Source: Oceanispirochaeta sp. (lineage in GTDB: Bacteria > Spirochaetota > Spirochaetia > DSM-2461). From it: a DNA stretch of 64,000 nt. Where the stretch lies: assembly GCA_963666275.2 (NCBI GenBank), contig CAXXOA010000002.1, positions 832,001 through 896,000 of the forward strand. Direction: 5' to 3'. A program made the translations under genes and the position numbers. Of this stretch, positions 22,060-30,966 are shown in pieces (the first letter of the stretch is position 1; every line of letters starts with the position of its first letter). Below the pieces are notes generated by a model, which saw only the letters and a program-made list of their open reading frames with translations, was not told the origin of the DNA and did no database searches.

Positions 22060-23680
22060 TAAAAAAAAGGAACTTTCCAATAGGGAAGAAGAGAAACCTG
22101 AACAGGGCATAGACTATGATAGTCTTCCTGCCGCTCATCGGGAGAGTCTGGCCAACATGACCAGGACCCGAGAGACAATGCTGGCCGGTGGCGGTGAGTC
22201 CCGGCAGGCTAACCAGAGAGCAAAAGGAAAAAAAACAGCCCGGGAAAGGATTCAATATCTGACTGATAAAGGGAGTTTCGTAGAAAACCAGCCCTATATG
22301 AAGAGCCGGAATGAGGATTTCGGCATGGATAAGAAGAAGTTTTTCGGAGACGGCGTTGTTACAGGAAGCGCTCTGGTGGATGGAAGGCAGGTATGGCTTT
22401 CATCCCAGGATTTCACCGTTCTCGGTGGATCCCTGGGGGAGGCTCATGCCGCCAAAATTGCCAAAGCCCAGATGGAAGCCATGAAGACCGGAAAGCCCTT
22501 TATCTCCATAAATGATTCCGGCGGAGCCAGGATCCAGGAGGGAGTTCTCTCTCTGGAAGGGTACGGAAGCATCTTCCGGGCCAATACCCTGGCCTCGGGC
22601 GTGATCCCCCAGATGTCCATTATTATGGGCCCCTGTGCGGGAGGCGCCGCCTACTCTCCGGCTCTGACAGACTTTGTCTTTATGGTGGATAAAACCGCCC
22701 ATATGTATATTACCGGTCCCGATGTTATCAAGGCCGTTACCGGTGAAAATGTGACTCACGAAGCTCTGGGCGGGGCAGAAGCCCATAACAGTAAAAGCGG
22801 TAATGCCCATTTCCGCTGTACCTCCGAGGAAGAGTGTCTTATCACTCTCAGGCGGCTTCTGTCCTATCTACCTTCATCCAATAGGGAAGCTCCTCCCATA
22901 GTGGAGTGTATGGACGATCCCGGCAGGAATACAGGAGAAATCATGAATATCCTGCCGGATAAGCCCAACAGGCCCTATGATATCCGTACTGTGATTGATC
23001 TGTTTTTTGATCAGTACAGCTTCCTGGAGGTTCATAAGGAGTTTGCTCCCAGTATGGTAGTCGGTTTTGCCCGGTTGAACGGAAGATCCGTGGGGATCAT
23101 CGGCAATCAGCCTATGGTTTTTGCCGGTTCCCTGGATAAGGACTCTTCCGATAAGGCTGCGCGGTTCATCCGTTTCTGCGATGCCTTCGGTGTTCCCATT
23201 GTGTCTCTTGTGGATGTGCCCGGATATATGCCGGGTACGGTACAGGAGTATGGCGGAATTATCCGTCACGGAGCCAAGCTGCTCTATGCCATTGCGGAAG
23301 CCACAGTGCCCAAGGTGGCTCTGGTTCTCAGAAAAGCCTACGGAGGCGCCTATATCGGTATGGCTTCCAAAGCGCTGGGATATGACAGAGTTCTGGCCAT
23401 GCCTATGGCGGAAATCGCAGTTATGGGAGCGGCGGGAGCGGCGAATATCATTTTCAGGAATGATATCAATGCAGCCCGGGATCCCGAACTGATCCGGGAG
23501 ATCAAGATCCATGAGTACCAGGAGAAGTTCATGAACCCCTATGCGGCGGCATCTCTGGGAATTGTGGATGATGTGGTGCATCCCGAGTCAATCCGTACAG
23601 AACTGATCCGGTCTGTGGAAATGCTTTCTGACAAGATGGAGGATCTTCCCCGGAAGAAGCATGGAAACATTCCGTTGTGA
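22037..23680 (+). CDS. Acyl-CoA carboxyltransferase (PccB / methylmalonyl-CoA decarboxylase alpha type); start uncertain (GTG 22037 or ATG 22157)
   Basis: GKKTARERI, GDGVVTG, QDFTVLGGSLG, DSGGARIQEG, GPCAGGAAYSPALTD, DVPGY, RKAYGGAY and KKHGNIPL. Confidence 0.9.
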   Translation: MRASEKVNKKKELSNREEEKPEQGIDYDSLPAAHRESLANMTRTRETMLAGGGESRQANQRAKGKKTARERIQYLTDKGSFVENQPYMKSRNEDFGMDKKKFFGDGVVTGSALVDGRQVWLSSQDFTVLGGSLGEAHAAKIAKAQMEAMKTGKPFISINDSGGARIQEGVLSLEGYGSIFRANTLASGVIPQMSIIMGPCAGGAAYSPALTDFVFMVDKTAHMYITGPDVIKAVTGENVTHEALGGAEAHNSKSGNAHFRCTSEEECLITLRRLLSYLPSSNREAPPIVECMDDPGRNTGEIMNILPDKPNRPYDIRTVIDLFFDQYSFLEVHKEFAPSMVVGFARLNGRSVGIIGNQPMVFAGSLDKDSSDKAARFIRFCDAFGVPIVSLVDVPGYMPGTVQEYGGIIRHGAKLLYAIAEATVPKVALVLRKAYGGAYIGMASKALGYDRVLAMPMAEIAVMGAAGAANIIFRNDINAARDPELIREIKIHEYQEKFMNPYAAASLGIVDDVVHPESIRTELIRSVEMLSDKMEDLPRKKHGNIPL

Positions 23681-23873
23681 TGTAAAGTTTCTTCGGTAAA
23701 AAGAGCTGAGTGGAATCTGCCGGTGACAGAATATCACCGAAAAAATTATTGACAGGCGTCATGGTGTTTACTGTGACGCTGTTATTCGGGTATCCAGGAC
23801 GATCAGACAGAGAGAATCTGAAGCTAATCAATCTCTCCTCCTGATAGGTTCTCTATATAAAATTATCGGTTTT

Positions 23874-23933
23874 CCGGCATCAGCCCTCCCTGCAGAGAGA
23901 AATCCTTCCGGGCTGGTGTCGGTTTTTTATTTT
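23874..23933 (+). terminator. Intrinsic terminator
   Basis: CCGGCATCAGCCC / GGGCTGGTGTCGG 13-bp stem with G-U pairs, followed by TTTTTTATTTT. Confidence 0.7.
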
Positions 23934-24087
23934 CATCAATACATAAACAATGAAGCCGTGAAAAGTAGTTATAAACCGGAATCTGAGTTAATATATTGTG
24001 GACTGGTTCCTGATCTGGTTCTCTTTCCTCAGTATGGACAAAAAGAATCTCTCATCTACTGGATTATTCATCTCACAGGGCTTAAAT

Positions 24088-24765
24088 ATGCATAAAAATA
24101 TCATTGTGTTTGTAAAAAAAAGTATTTTGTTTATCTTTGGTCTCTTTATTATCTCCATTGGTGTGGCTCTCTCTGTTAAAGCCAATCTGGGAGTGTCTCC
24201 CGTCTCGTGCATCCCCTATCTACTCAGTCTGAAATTTTCCCGGTCACTGGGAACATATACGATTTATTTCAATATCACTCTTATTCTTATTCAGGTTCTT
24301 ATTCTGAGGAAAAACTACCCGCTCTTTCAGATGATACAGCTGCCTGTTGTTCTTTTTTTCGGACTCTTCATTGATACTGCCATGCATCTGGTCTCGGGAA
24401 TCGCCGTTTCCTCCTACGCGGGGCAGTTTCTGCTCTGCAGTCTCAGCTGTATCGTGATTGCCATCGGAGTCCTTATCGAGGTGAAAGCGGACTTTACCTA
24501 TCTTCCGGGAGAGGGCGTGGCTCTGGCTCTGACAAGGACATTCGGCTTCCGGTTCGGTAAATCAAAAATGGGGACAGATACCGCCATGGTTGTGGTGGGA
24601 ATTCTGTTCTCTGTTCTTTTCTTTCGGAATATTGTGGGAATCCGGGAGGGGACTGTCCTCGCTGCCGTCGCCGTTGGATTTCTGGTAAGACATTTTCATA
24701 GCTTTTCGATATGGCTGGCAGATATGCTGAGCCAGGAGTCGGGAGATAGTAAAAGTGCCGCATAA
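24088..24765 (+). CDS. YczE/YyaS/YitT-family membrane protein
   Basis: ANLGVSP, PGEG and GIREGT motifs; hydrophobic throughout. ATG 24088 preferred. Confidence 0.8.
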   Translation: MHKNIIVFVKKSILFIFGLFIISIGVALSVKANLGVSPVSCIPYLLSLKFSRSLGTYTIYFNITLILIQVLILRKNYPLFQMIQLPVVLFFGLFIDTAMHLVSGIAVSSYAGQFLLCSLSCIVIAIGVLIEVKADFTYLPGEGVALALTRTFGFRFGKSKMGTDTAMVVVGILFSVLFFRNIVGIREGTVLAAVAVGFLVRHFHSFSIWLADMLSQESGDSKSAA

Positions 24766-24859
24766 AGGAAGGGACAGTCTCTGTAACTGCTGAGCTGTTT
24801 CCTGTGGTATGATTGTTTTCTCCTGACTGTATTTCAGATACCCTGTGAAAGGAGAAAAT

Positions 24860-26299
24860 ATGAACGGATTGGACGCAATCTCTGAACTGACAGATAAGGG
24901 CATTTCCAACCTGAAACTGTTCAGCAATACCATACTCCATCAGATCATAGAGAATACCAATGACGGTATTATGGTCACAGACAAGGATGGCCTGGTTATC
25001 CTGGCAAATCCTCCTGCTGCCAGGTTTATGAACAGAACACCCGAAGAACTGGTCGGGTATAATGTCAGGATTCTGCTTAAAAAAGGCTTTTATGACCGTT
25101 CCACCATTCTGGAAGCCATAAGGACAGAAGCTCCCGTTACAAGAGTCATCTCCCTGCCTCACGGTAAAAATGTCATGTCCACAAGCATGCCGATAATGGA
25201 TGAAAACCATAGAGTCGCCATGATTGTCACAACTACGATCAATCAGGACATAGTGGATACCTATGCCGCTGCGATAGAAAAAGAGAAGATCAAATCCGAA
25301 CAGTACAAATCTGCCGCCACCTATCTTGAAAATCTGGGGATCAGCGGAGAGGAACTTATTTCGATGAGCCCTGTGATGCAGAGTATCCGGAGTGAAGCCT
25401 CCCTCATTGCCAGGACAGACAGTACAGTATTCATTTCTGGAGAATCAGGAACAGGGAAAGAGGTGATAGCCCGGTTTATCCATAAGAACAGTAACCGGAG
25501 GAATGAACCATTTATCCCTGTGAACTGTGCCGCCATTCCGGGAGAACTGATGGAGTCTGAATTCTTCGGCTACGAGAAAGGAGCCTTTTCCGGAGCTTCT
25601 CCCAGTGGAAAGCTCGGCTTCTTTGAGATGGCAAGCAAGGGAACTCTTTTTCTGGATGAGGTGGGAGAGCTGCCCTTGCATATGCAGTCAAAACTTCTGA
25701 GAGTTCTGGAATCGGGCGAGTTCAAGAGGGTGGGGGGAACAAGATTTATCAAGACCGATGTCAGGCTGATTGCCGCCACCAACCGAAATATGGAGTATCA
25801 GGTGCGCCAGAAACTTTTCAGGGAAGATCTGTTCTACCGTTTGAATGTTCTGCCGATTATTCTGCCCCCTTTACGGGAGAGGCCGGAGGATATCATTGCT
25901 CTGGCTGAAAGATTTCTGATCAGATACAACACAAAGTTCGGGAGTAATAAAGTTTTCTCTAAGGACTTTCTTCAGTCCATGATCAATTACTCCTGGCCGG
26001 GGAATGGCAGGGAGCTGCGTAACCTGATAGAACGGCTTGTTATTGTCACCCCCGGGCAGGAGCTTGAATATGAACTCCTCAGTAATGGAAATCCCGTGAG
26101 AACTGACTGCAGAGAGGATTCCGGAAATACGGAGAATCAGATGCTGCCTCTTAAAGACGCTGTCAGGGATTTTGAAGCCCGATATATCAACAGAATGCTG
26201 TCCCAATGTGAAGGAAGGGTTTCCCGGGCGGCGGAACAGCTGGGCATTCACAGAACACAGATCTATAGAAAACTGAATAGCTGCAAAGAACTGGATTAG
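24860..26299 (+). CDS. PAS-domain sigma54-dependent activator (bEBP)
   Basis: PAS N-terminus; [42 protein letters not shown]; Fis-type HTH. Confidence 0.93.
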   Translation: MNGLDAISELTDKGISNLKLFSNTILHQIIENTNDGIMVTDKDGLVILANPPAARFMNRTPEELVGYNVRILLKKGFYDRSTILEAIRTEAPVTRVISLPHGKNVMSTSMPIMDENHRVAMIVTTTINQDIVDTYAAAIEKEKIKSEQYKSAATYLENLGISGEELISMSPVMQSIRSEASLIARTDSTVFISGESGTGKEVIARFIHKNSNRRNEPFIPVNCAAIPGELMESEFFGYEKGAFSGASPSGKLGFFEMASKGTLFLDEVGELPLHMQSKLLRVLESGEFKRVGGTRFIKTDVRLIAATNRNMEYQVRQKLFREDLFYRLNVLPIILPPLRERPEDIIALAERFLIRYNTKFGSNKVFSKDFLQSMINYSWPGNGRELRNLIERLVIVTPGQELEYELLSNGNPVRTDCREDSGNTENQMLPLKDAVRDFEARYINRMLSQCEGRVSRAAEQLGIHRTQIYRKLNSCKELD

Positions 26300-26316
26300 T
26301 GCAAAATTGCATCATA

Positions 26317-26357
26317 TGTCGTAAAATCACAACAAACATTGTTGCAGATATGCGACA
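26317..26357. promoter_or_regulatory. Two TGT-N12-ACA upstream activator sequences
   Basis: TGTCGTAAAATCACAACA (26317-34) and TGTTGCAGATATGCGACA (26340-57), about 75-110 bp upstream of the -24 element. Confidence 0.6.
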
Positions 26358-26429
26358 TTCAGGCATTCCACTGCTGGATATTCAGCCTCCGAAGCACATT
26401 TTATGAGACTTTCAGAGTCTTTTCTTTTT

Positions 26430-26445
26430 TGGCACATTAATTGCA
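26430..26445 (+). promoter_or_regulatory. sigma54 (-24/-12) promoter
   Basis: TGGCAC-ATTAA-TTGCA. Confidence 0.88.
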
Positions 26446-26536
26446 ATTCCTTAGGATGAGGATTAATCAACCTCTCTCCAGTTCCTGTAACTGGTAAAAC
26501 ATTTTAAGGAGTTCTTATGAAAAGGAGATTAAATCT

Positions 26537-27838
26537 ATGGTAGTTGCATTAAGTGGAATCGGTATCCTGCTTGGATTTATCAATCTGATGTTTGGCGCCT
26601 GGAAAAAAGTGAACCTGCTTGTTGTGACTTTGATTACCAGTGCCATTATTGCTATTTTCAGCGGCATGAACATCGCTGAGGTCTGGACCGGTCCCTTTAT
26701 GGAGGGATTTACAAGCTTTGCGGGAAAATACCTGCTGCTGTTCTGTTTCGGAGCCCTCTTCGGAAAAATTATCGAAGACAGCGGTGCGGGCTGGCGTATC
26801 GCCACTTCCATCGCCAGTAAAACCGGAAACCGGATGGCTCTGGGAGCATTGACTCTTGTCACCGCGCTTCTGCTGTACGGAGGCGTCAGCATTTTCGTTA
26901 TTGTCTTTTTTATCCTTCCCATAGGAAAAAGCCTCTTCAAGAAAATAGGGATTCCCTGGTACCTCTTTCCCGGTATTGCCATGATCGGAACAATTCCCGC
27001 AGTGGGTATGCTTCCCGGGACTCTTCAGATTCTGAATATCATCCCCACAAACTTTCTCGGCACCACTCTGACTGCCGGCGCCGGTGTCGGCCTTTTCGCC
27101 ACGGTCCTCTACTGTGCCATGGCCTATCTCTATACAAAGCGCATCCTCAAAACCAATGCGGCCAATTTTGATCTGGAAGAATTTAACGCCGGGCATCAGG
27201 TGGAACTGAACGAAGCGGAACTGGAAAGCAAAGCCCCCAACGTTCTTGTTTCTATTGCTCCCATTGCTGTGGCTCTTATCCTGATCAATGTTTTCAAAAT
27301 CAACATCGTTATCGGAATGATCCTGGCCAGCCTTGCAGGTATCGCTCTGTTCTGGAAATCCCTGGGAGGGGCAAACTTCTGGTCTACTGTGAATAACGGT
27401 ATTGCCAACGGGATTGCTCCTGTTATCTATGTCTCTGTTGTTGTGGGCGTTGCCAGAACCGTGGCGTCTGTTCCCTTCTTTGAAGTCATGAGAGATTCCC
27501 TTCTGAACCTTCAGATCAACGGCCTTCTGAAAGTGGTTGCCACCACTTCGGTGATGTCTGCCATGACAGGTTCCTCATCAGGAAGTATGACAATGATTCT
27601 GGATCTCTTCGGAAAAGAATTCCTCTCCTGGGGATACAATGCCGGACTGCTGCACAGACTCATTTCGGTTGCCTCTCTGGGCTTCGATTCCCTTCCCTGG
27701 AACTCTGTAGTGGTTGTCTTCTTTACACTCAGCGGTGTTTCCTACGCCAAGGGGTACAAACATGTTTTCGCCTATACCGTGTTGATGCCCTTCCTCTGTG
27801 CTCTGGGAATCATTCTGGTCTCACCTATTTTCTATTAG
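26537..27838 (+). CDS. GntP-family organic acid permease
   Basis: GALFGKIIEDSGAG, LLYGGVSIFVIVF, PGTLQILNIIP, TGSSSG and GFDSLP; AAGGAG RBS. Confidence 0.85.
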   Translation: MVVALSGIGILLGFINLMFGAWKKVNLLVVTLITSAIIAIFSGMNIAEVWTGPFMEGFTSFAGKYLLLFCFGALFGKIIEDSGAGWRIATSIASKTGNRMALGALTLVTALLLYGGVSIFVIVFFILPIGKSLFKKIGIPWYLFPGIAMIGTIPAVGMLPGTLQILNIIPTNFLGTTLTAGAGVGLFATVLYCAMAYLYTKRILKTNAANFDLEEFNAGHQVELNEAELESKAPNVLVSIAPIAVALILINVFKINIVIGMILASLAGIALFWKSLGGANFWSTVNNGIANGIAPVIYVSVVVGVARTVASVPFFEVMRDSLLNLQINGLLKVVATTSVMSAMTGSSSGSMTMILDLFGKEFLSWGYNAGLLHRLISVASLGFDSLPWNSVVVVFFTLSGVSYAKGYKHVFAYTVLMPFLCALGIILVSPIFY

Positions 27839-27868
27839 AAGAGATTTTATCAGGAAGGAGGAACAGAT

Positions 27869-28249
27869 ATGCCTGCACTACAGGAAAAAAATAAAGAGAT
27901 TGTCAGGGACTTTTATGATCTGATAATAAATAAAAAAGACTTTGCTGCGGCAAAAAAATATGTAGGTCCCCGGTATAAGCAGCATAATCCACTGGTAAAA
28001 GACTATCCGGAAGGACTTGAGGAGTTTATAAATTTCCTCAGAGATAACTATCCCGATGCCCATAGTGAGATTAAAGCCATATATGCGGATGGGGACCATG
28101 TCATTCTACACGTCCTGTCCTACAGGGATGAGACTTTAAAACGGGCCATTATTGAGATTTTCCGTCTGGAAAACGGCAGGATTGATGAGCATTGGGATGT
28201 GATACAGGAAATTCCAGCCAAATCAGCCAATCTCAACGGTATGTTCTAG
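27869..28249 (+). CDS. SnoaL-like / NTF2-fold protein
   Basis: NKEIVRDFY, YKQHNP, ADGDHVILH and IFRLENGRIDEHWDVIQ. Confidence 0.85.
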   Translation: MPALQEKNKEIVRDFYDLIINKKDFAAAKKYVGPRYKQHNPLVKDYPEGLEEFINFLRDNYPDAHSEIKAIYADGDHVILHVLSYRDETLKRAIIEIFRLENGRIDEHWDVIQEIPAKSANLNGMF

Positions 28250-28366
28250 TCCGGAGTGACAATTCATATGCGGCAGAGTTCTGCTTTGGCCGCTATTCAT
28301 TCCCGGGAGGGATTTCCAGCTCTCCCGGTTCACAAAAATCAATCAGATATTCCAAGGAGTTCTCAT

Positions 28367-28816
28367 ATGCACGAAAATAATCAGGGTGAGTACGGTAAAT
28401 ATATTATTCAGGAACTTCAGGATCCCAACCTGGGGTCTCCGGATTTTCAGGAGATGTATAAAAAATTCTCCAACAGAATCTTATGGATAGACAATAATGT
28501 CCTGGAGGGGGCGTTTCAGATGAATACAGCCTGGTACTATGCGGTTCCTCCTGTCAGCCCTGTTTTTGATGAGCATGTTCATGACCATGATGAGCTTATC
28601 GGTTTTTTCGGGTCCAATCCGGAAGATCCCTATGATCTGGGAGCCGAACTCGAGGCGGGGATCAATGGGGAGATGCATAAAATTACAAAGTCTTCGCTTA
28701 TCTTTGTTCCCGGGGGAATGAAGCACATGCCCCTTTCCATCAACAGGGTGGATCGTCCCGTCTTTCATTTCTCCATTGTTCTTAACTCCGAATATGGAGA
28801 CGGAGCGTATAAATGA
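28367..28816 (+). CDS. Metal-binding cupin protein
   Basis: HVHDHDE...VPGGMKH cupin ligands; AAGGAG RBS before ATG 28367. Confidence 0.75.
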   Translation: MHENNQGEYGKYIIQELQDPNLGSPDFQEMYKKFSNRILWIDNNVLEGAFQMNTAWYYAVPPVSPVFDEHVHDHDELIGFFGSNPEDPYDLGAELEAGINGEMHKITKSSLIFVPGGMKHMPLSINRVDRPVFHFSIVLNSEYGDGAYK

Positions 28817-28978
28817 TCTCCCGGCAGCTTCTGCTCTTTCCCTATAATAGAAGCTGCCTCTATTTCCCCTGATTCCCGGGAACCTCCTGATACCGCTATC
28901 CATAACATTGTTTTCAGTTTGTAAGTTTTCCTCCCCGAACTTTTCTAATGGGGCTGGCCTATGCCGAATATGCCTTAA

Positions 28979-29092
28979 GAACAAGAAAACTCAGAAACGC
29001 ATTTTAACCCGAAAGTCGTAGATATGTTTCTTCAGTCCGAAGAGGTGTTCAAGAATTTCAGTGCGGGAATGACTGGCGGATGTATCCGGTGA
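28979..29092 (+). pseudogene. Remnant of an HD-GYP phosphodiesterase C-terminus
   Basis: Frame reads EQENSETHFNPKVVDMFLQSEEVFKNF, matching the GTHFDP-x-VV-x-AF tail. An in-frame TAA at 28976 precedes it. Confidence 0.55.
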
Positions 29093-29303
29093 TCGTCTGA
29101 TCCTTTCCTTATACGTAAAGTTATAATGAGGCTAAAGACTGATGGAAAAAAGAAAAAATTGGATAAAATATACGAAATAGGTAGAATTCTCTTCGGAAAA
29201 CGTAAAAAAAATAATTATTACAAAAAAGTATAAATCCGTGATATGCTTTGTGACAATTGATCAATCAAGCAATAGGGATCCCTCCTGGTTTTTAAAACCT
29301 AAA

Positions 29304-29329
29304 AGGTCAGACAACTTGATGTCTGACCT
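29304..29329. promoter_or_regulatory. Perfect 10-bp inverted repeat (candidate GntR/FadR-type operator pair or RNA hairpin)
   Basis: AGGTCAGACA-ACTTGA-TGTCTGACCT. Confidence 0.5.
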
Positions 29330-29419
29330 CATGAACTCGCTGTCTTGAAAATTACAGGACTCTGAGTTATCTATAGAGTTCAAAATTTTACTAACTATTG
29401 GAATATAAAGGAGGGACAT

Positions 29420-30817
29420 GTGGATATCTTTACTGCAGCTATCTCAAAAATTAACAGTTTTGCCTGGGGACCGGTTATGATCATTTTTCTGGTCGGTACA
29501 GGAATTCTTCTCTCGGTTTTAACAGGATTTGTACAGTTTCGTAAACTGGGAATGGCTTTTCGCCTTCTCTTTTCAAAGGACCATCAGGGTGAAGGGGATA
29601 TTACTCCCTTTCAGGCTCTGATGACCTCTCTTTCCGCAACAATCGGTACAGGAAATATTGCCGGTGTTGCAACGGCTATTGCCCTGGGAGGGCCTGGTGC
29701 CGTGTTCTGGATGTGGGTTACCGCTGCTTTCGGCGGAGCTACAAAGTTTGGTGAAGCCGTACTGGCTATCCGCTATAGGGAAGTCAACGAAAAAGGTGAA
29801 CAGTCCGGCGGCCCCATGTATTACATTAAAAACGGGATGAAAGAGAAGTTCGGCGGCAACTGGGCCTGGCTGGGATGGCTTTTTGCTTTCTTCGGTGTGG
29901 TGGCTTCCTTCGGTATCGGAAATATGGTTCAGTCCAACTCTGTAGCCGATGCGATTGAACTCAGTTTCGGCGTTCCCCTCTGGGTTACAGGAATTGTTAT
30001 CACAGTTCTTACCGGTCTGGTTATCATCGGAGGGATCAAATCCATTGCCAAGGTAACATCCAAGATCGTTCCCTTTATGGCACTTTTTTATGTTCTTGGT
30101 TCCCTTATTGTCCTGATTACCAAGGCCGGAATGGTTCCTGCCGCTTTCAATCTCATCTTTTCCCATGCTTTTTCTGCTACCGCAGTGAGCGGCGGGCTGG
30201 TCGGTACGGTTATCCGATTCGGTGTGGCCAGAGGTGTTTTTTCCAACGAAGCAGGACTGGGTAGTGCCCCTATCGCCCATGCGGCGTCCTCCAATAATAA
30301 TCCCTATACTCAGGGTCTGATCGCTTCTCTGGGATCATTCCTTGATACTCTGGTTATCTGTACCATGACAGCCCTGGTTATCCTGATTTCCGGTCTGATT
30401 ACATTCGGAGCAGACGGGCTTATGATTGTGGCGGGAGACCTGAACGGAGCCTCTCTGACAACCACTGCTTTCAACACGGCATTTCCGGGACTTGGAAAAT
30501 TCCTTGTTTCATTCGGACTGATCTTTTTTGCCTTCTCCACCATTCTCGGCTGGTTCTATTACGGGTCAAAGTGTATGGAGTATATCGGCGGAACCCGCTC
30601 TGTATCAGTTTACAAATGGGTCTTTCTTGCGGTTACCCTGCTGGGATCAATCATGAAGATCGGTATTGTCTGGGACCTGTCGGATACATTCAACGGTCTG
30701 ATGGCTATCCCCAACCTGATTGCCCTGCTGGCACTCAGCTCCATTATCCTCCAGACCTCCCGGTCCGGAAAAGTGGACATAGATCCGAAAGCGGTTCCTG
30801 CTGGAGAGCCCGCCTGA
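29420..30817 (+). CDS. Alanine/glycine:cation symporter (AGCS)
   Basis: IGTGNIAGVATAI, GGPGAVFWMW, GGPMYYI, RGVFSNEAGLGSAP and MAIPNLIAL. Confidence 0.95.
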   Translation: MDIFTAAISKINSFAWGPVMIIFLVGTGILLSVLTGFVQFRKLGMAFRLLFSKDHQGEGDITPFQALMTSLSATIGTGNIAGVATAIALGGPGAVFWMWVTAAFGGATKFGEAVLAIRYREVNEKGEQSGGPMYYIKNGMKEKFGGNWAWLGWLFAFFGVVASFGIGNMVQSNSVADAIELSFGVPLWVTGIVITVLTGLVIIGGIKSIAKVTSKIVPFMALFYVLGSLIVLITKAGMVPAAFNLIFSHAFSATAVSGGLVGTVIRFGVARGVFSNEAGLGSAPIAHAASSNNNPYTQGLIASLGSFLDTLVICTMTALVILISGLITFGADGLMIVAGDLNGASLTTTAFNTAFPGLGKFLVSFGLIFFAFSTILGWFYYGSKCMEYIGGTRSVSVYKWVFLAVTLLGSIMKIGIVWDLSDTFNGLMAIPNLIALLALSSIILQTSRSGKVDIDPKAVPAGEPA

Positions 30818-30848
30818 GGCTGAAAATTTCAGTTTAATTCTGAAAAAC

Positions 30849-30880
30849 AAAACCCCCTATGATCATTCAGAGGGGGTTTT
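30849..30880. terminator. Bidirectional intrinsic terminator
   Basis: AAAACCCCCT...AGGGGGTTTT between convergent genes. Confidence 0.75.
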
Positions 30881-30966
30881 CTTTGCTATGCCTACCTGAT
30901 AAGGGGTTTCCTCTCTCCGGTTTTTTTCCCAGAGAGCGGGTTTCCCCGCAAGAGTTCTATAAGAGT

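Noticed and set aside
22057..22068. Programmed frameshift fusing the ALDH and the carboxyltransferase at the A8 run
   Set aside because: The A8 run lies after the ALDH stop codon, so slippage there cannot fuse the two frames.
23529..23831. 100-aa minus-strand ORF with AGGAGG before a TTG start
   Set aside because: Overlaps the carboxyltransferase 3' end in antisense and has no protein-like features. The region is treated as a possible RNA element instead.
29221..29419. Glycine riboswitch upstream of the AGCS gene
   Set aside because: The GGAGA...CCGAAG...CTCAGG aptamer hallmarks are absent.
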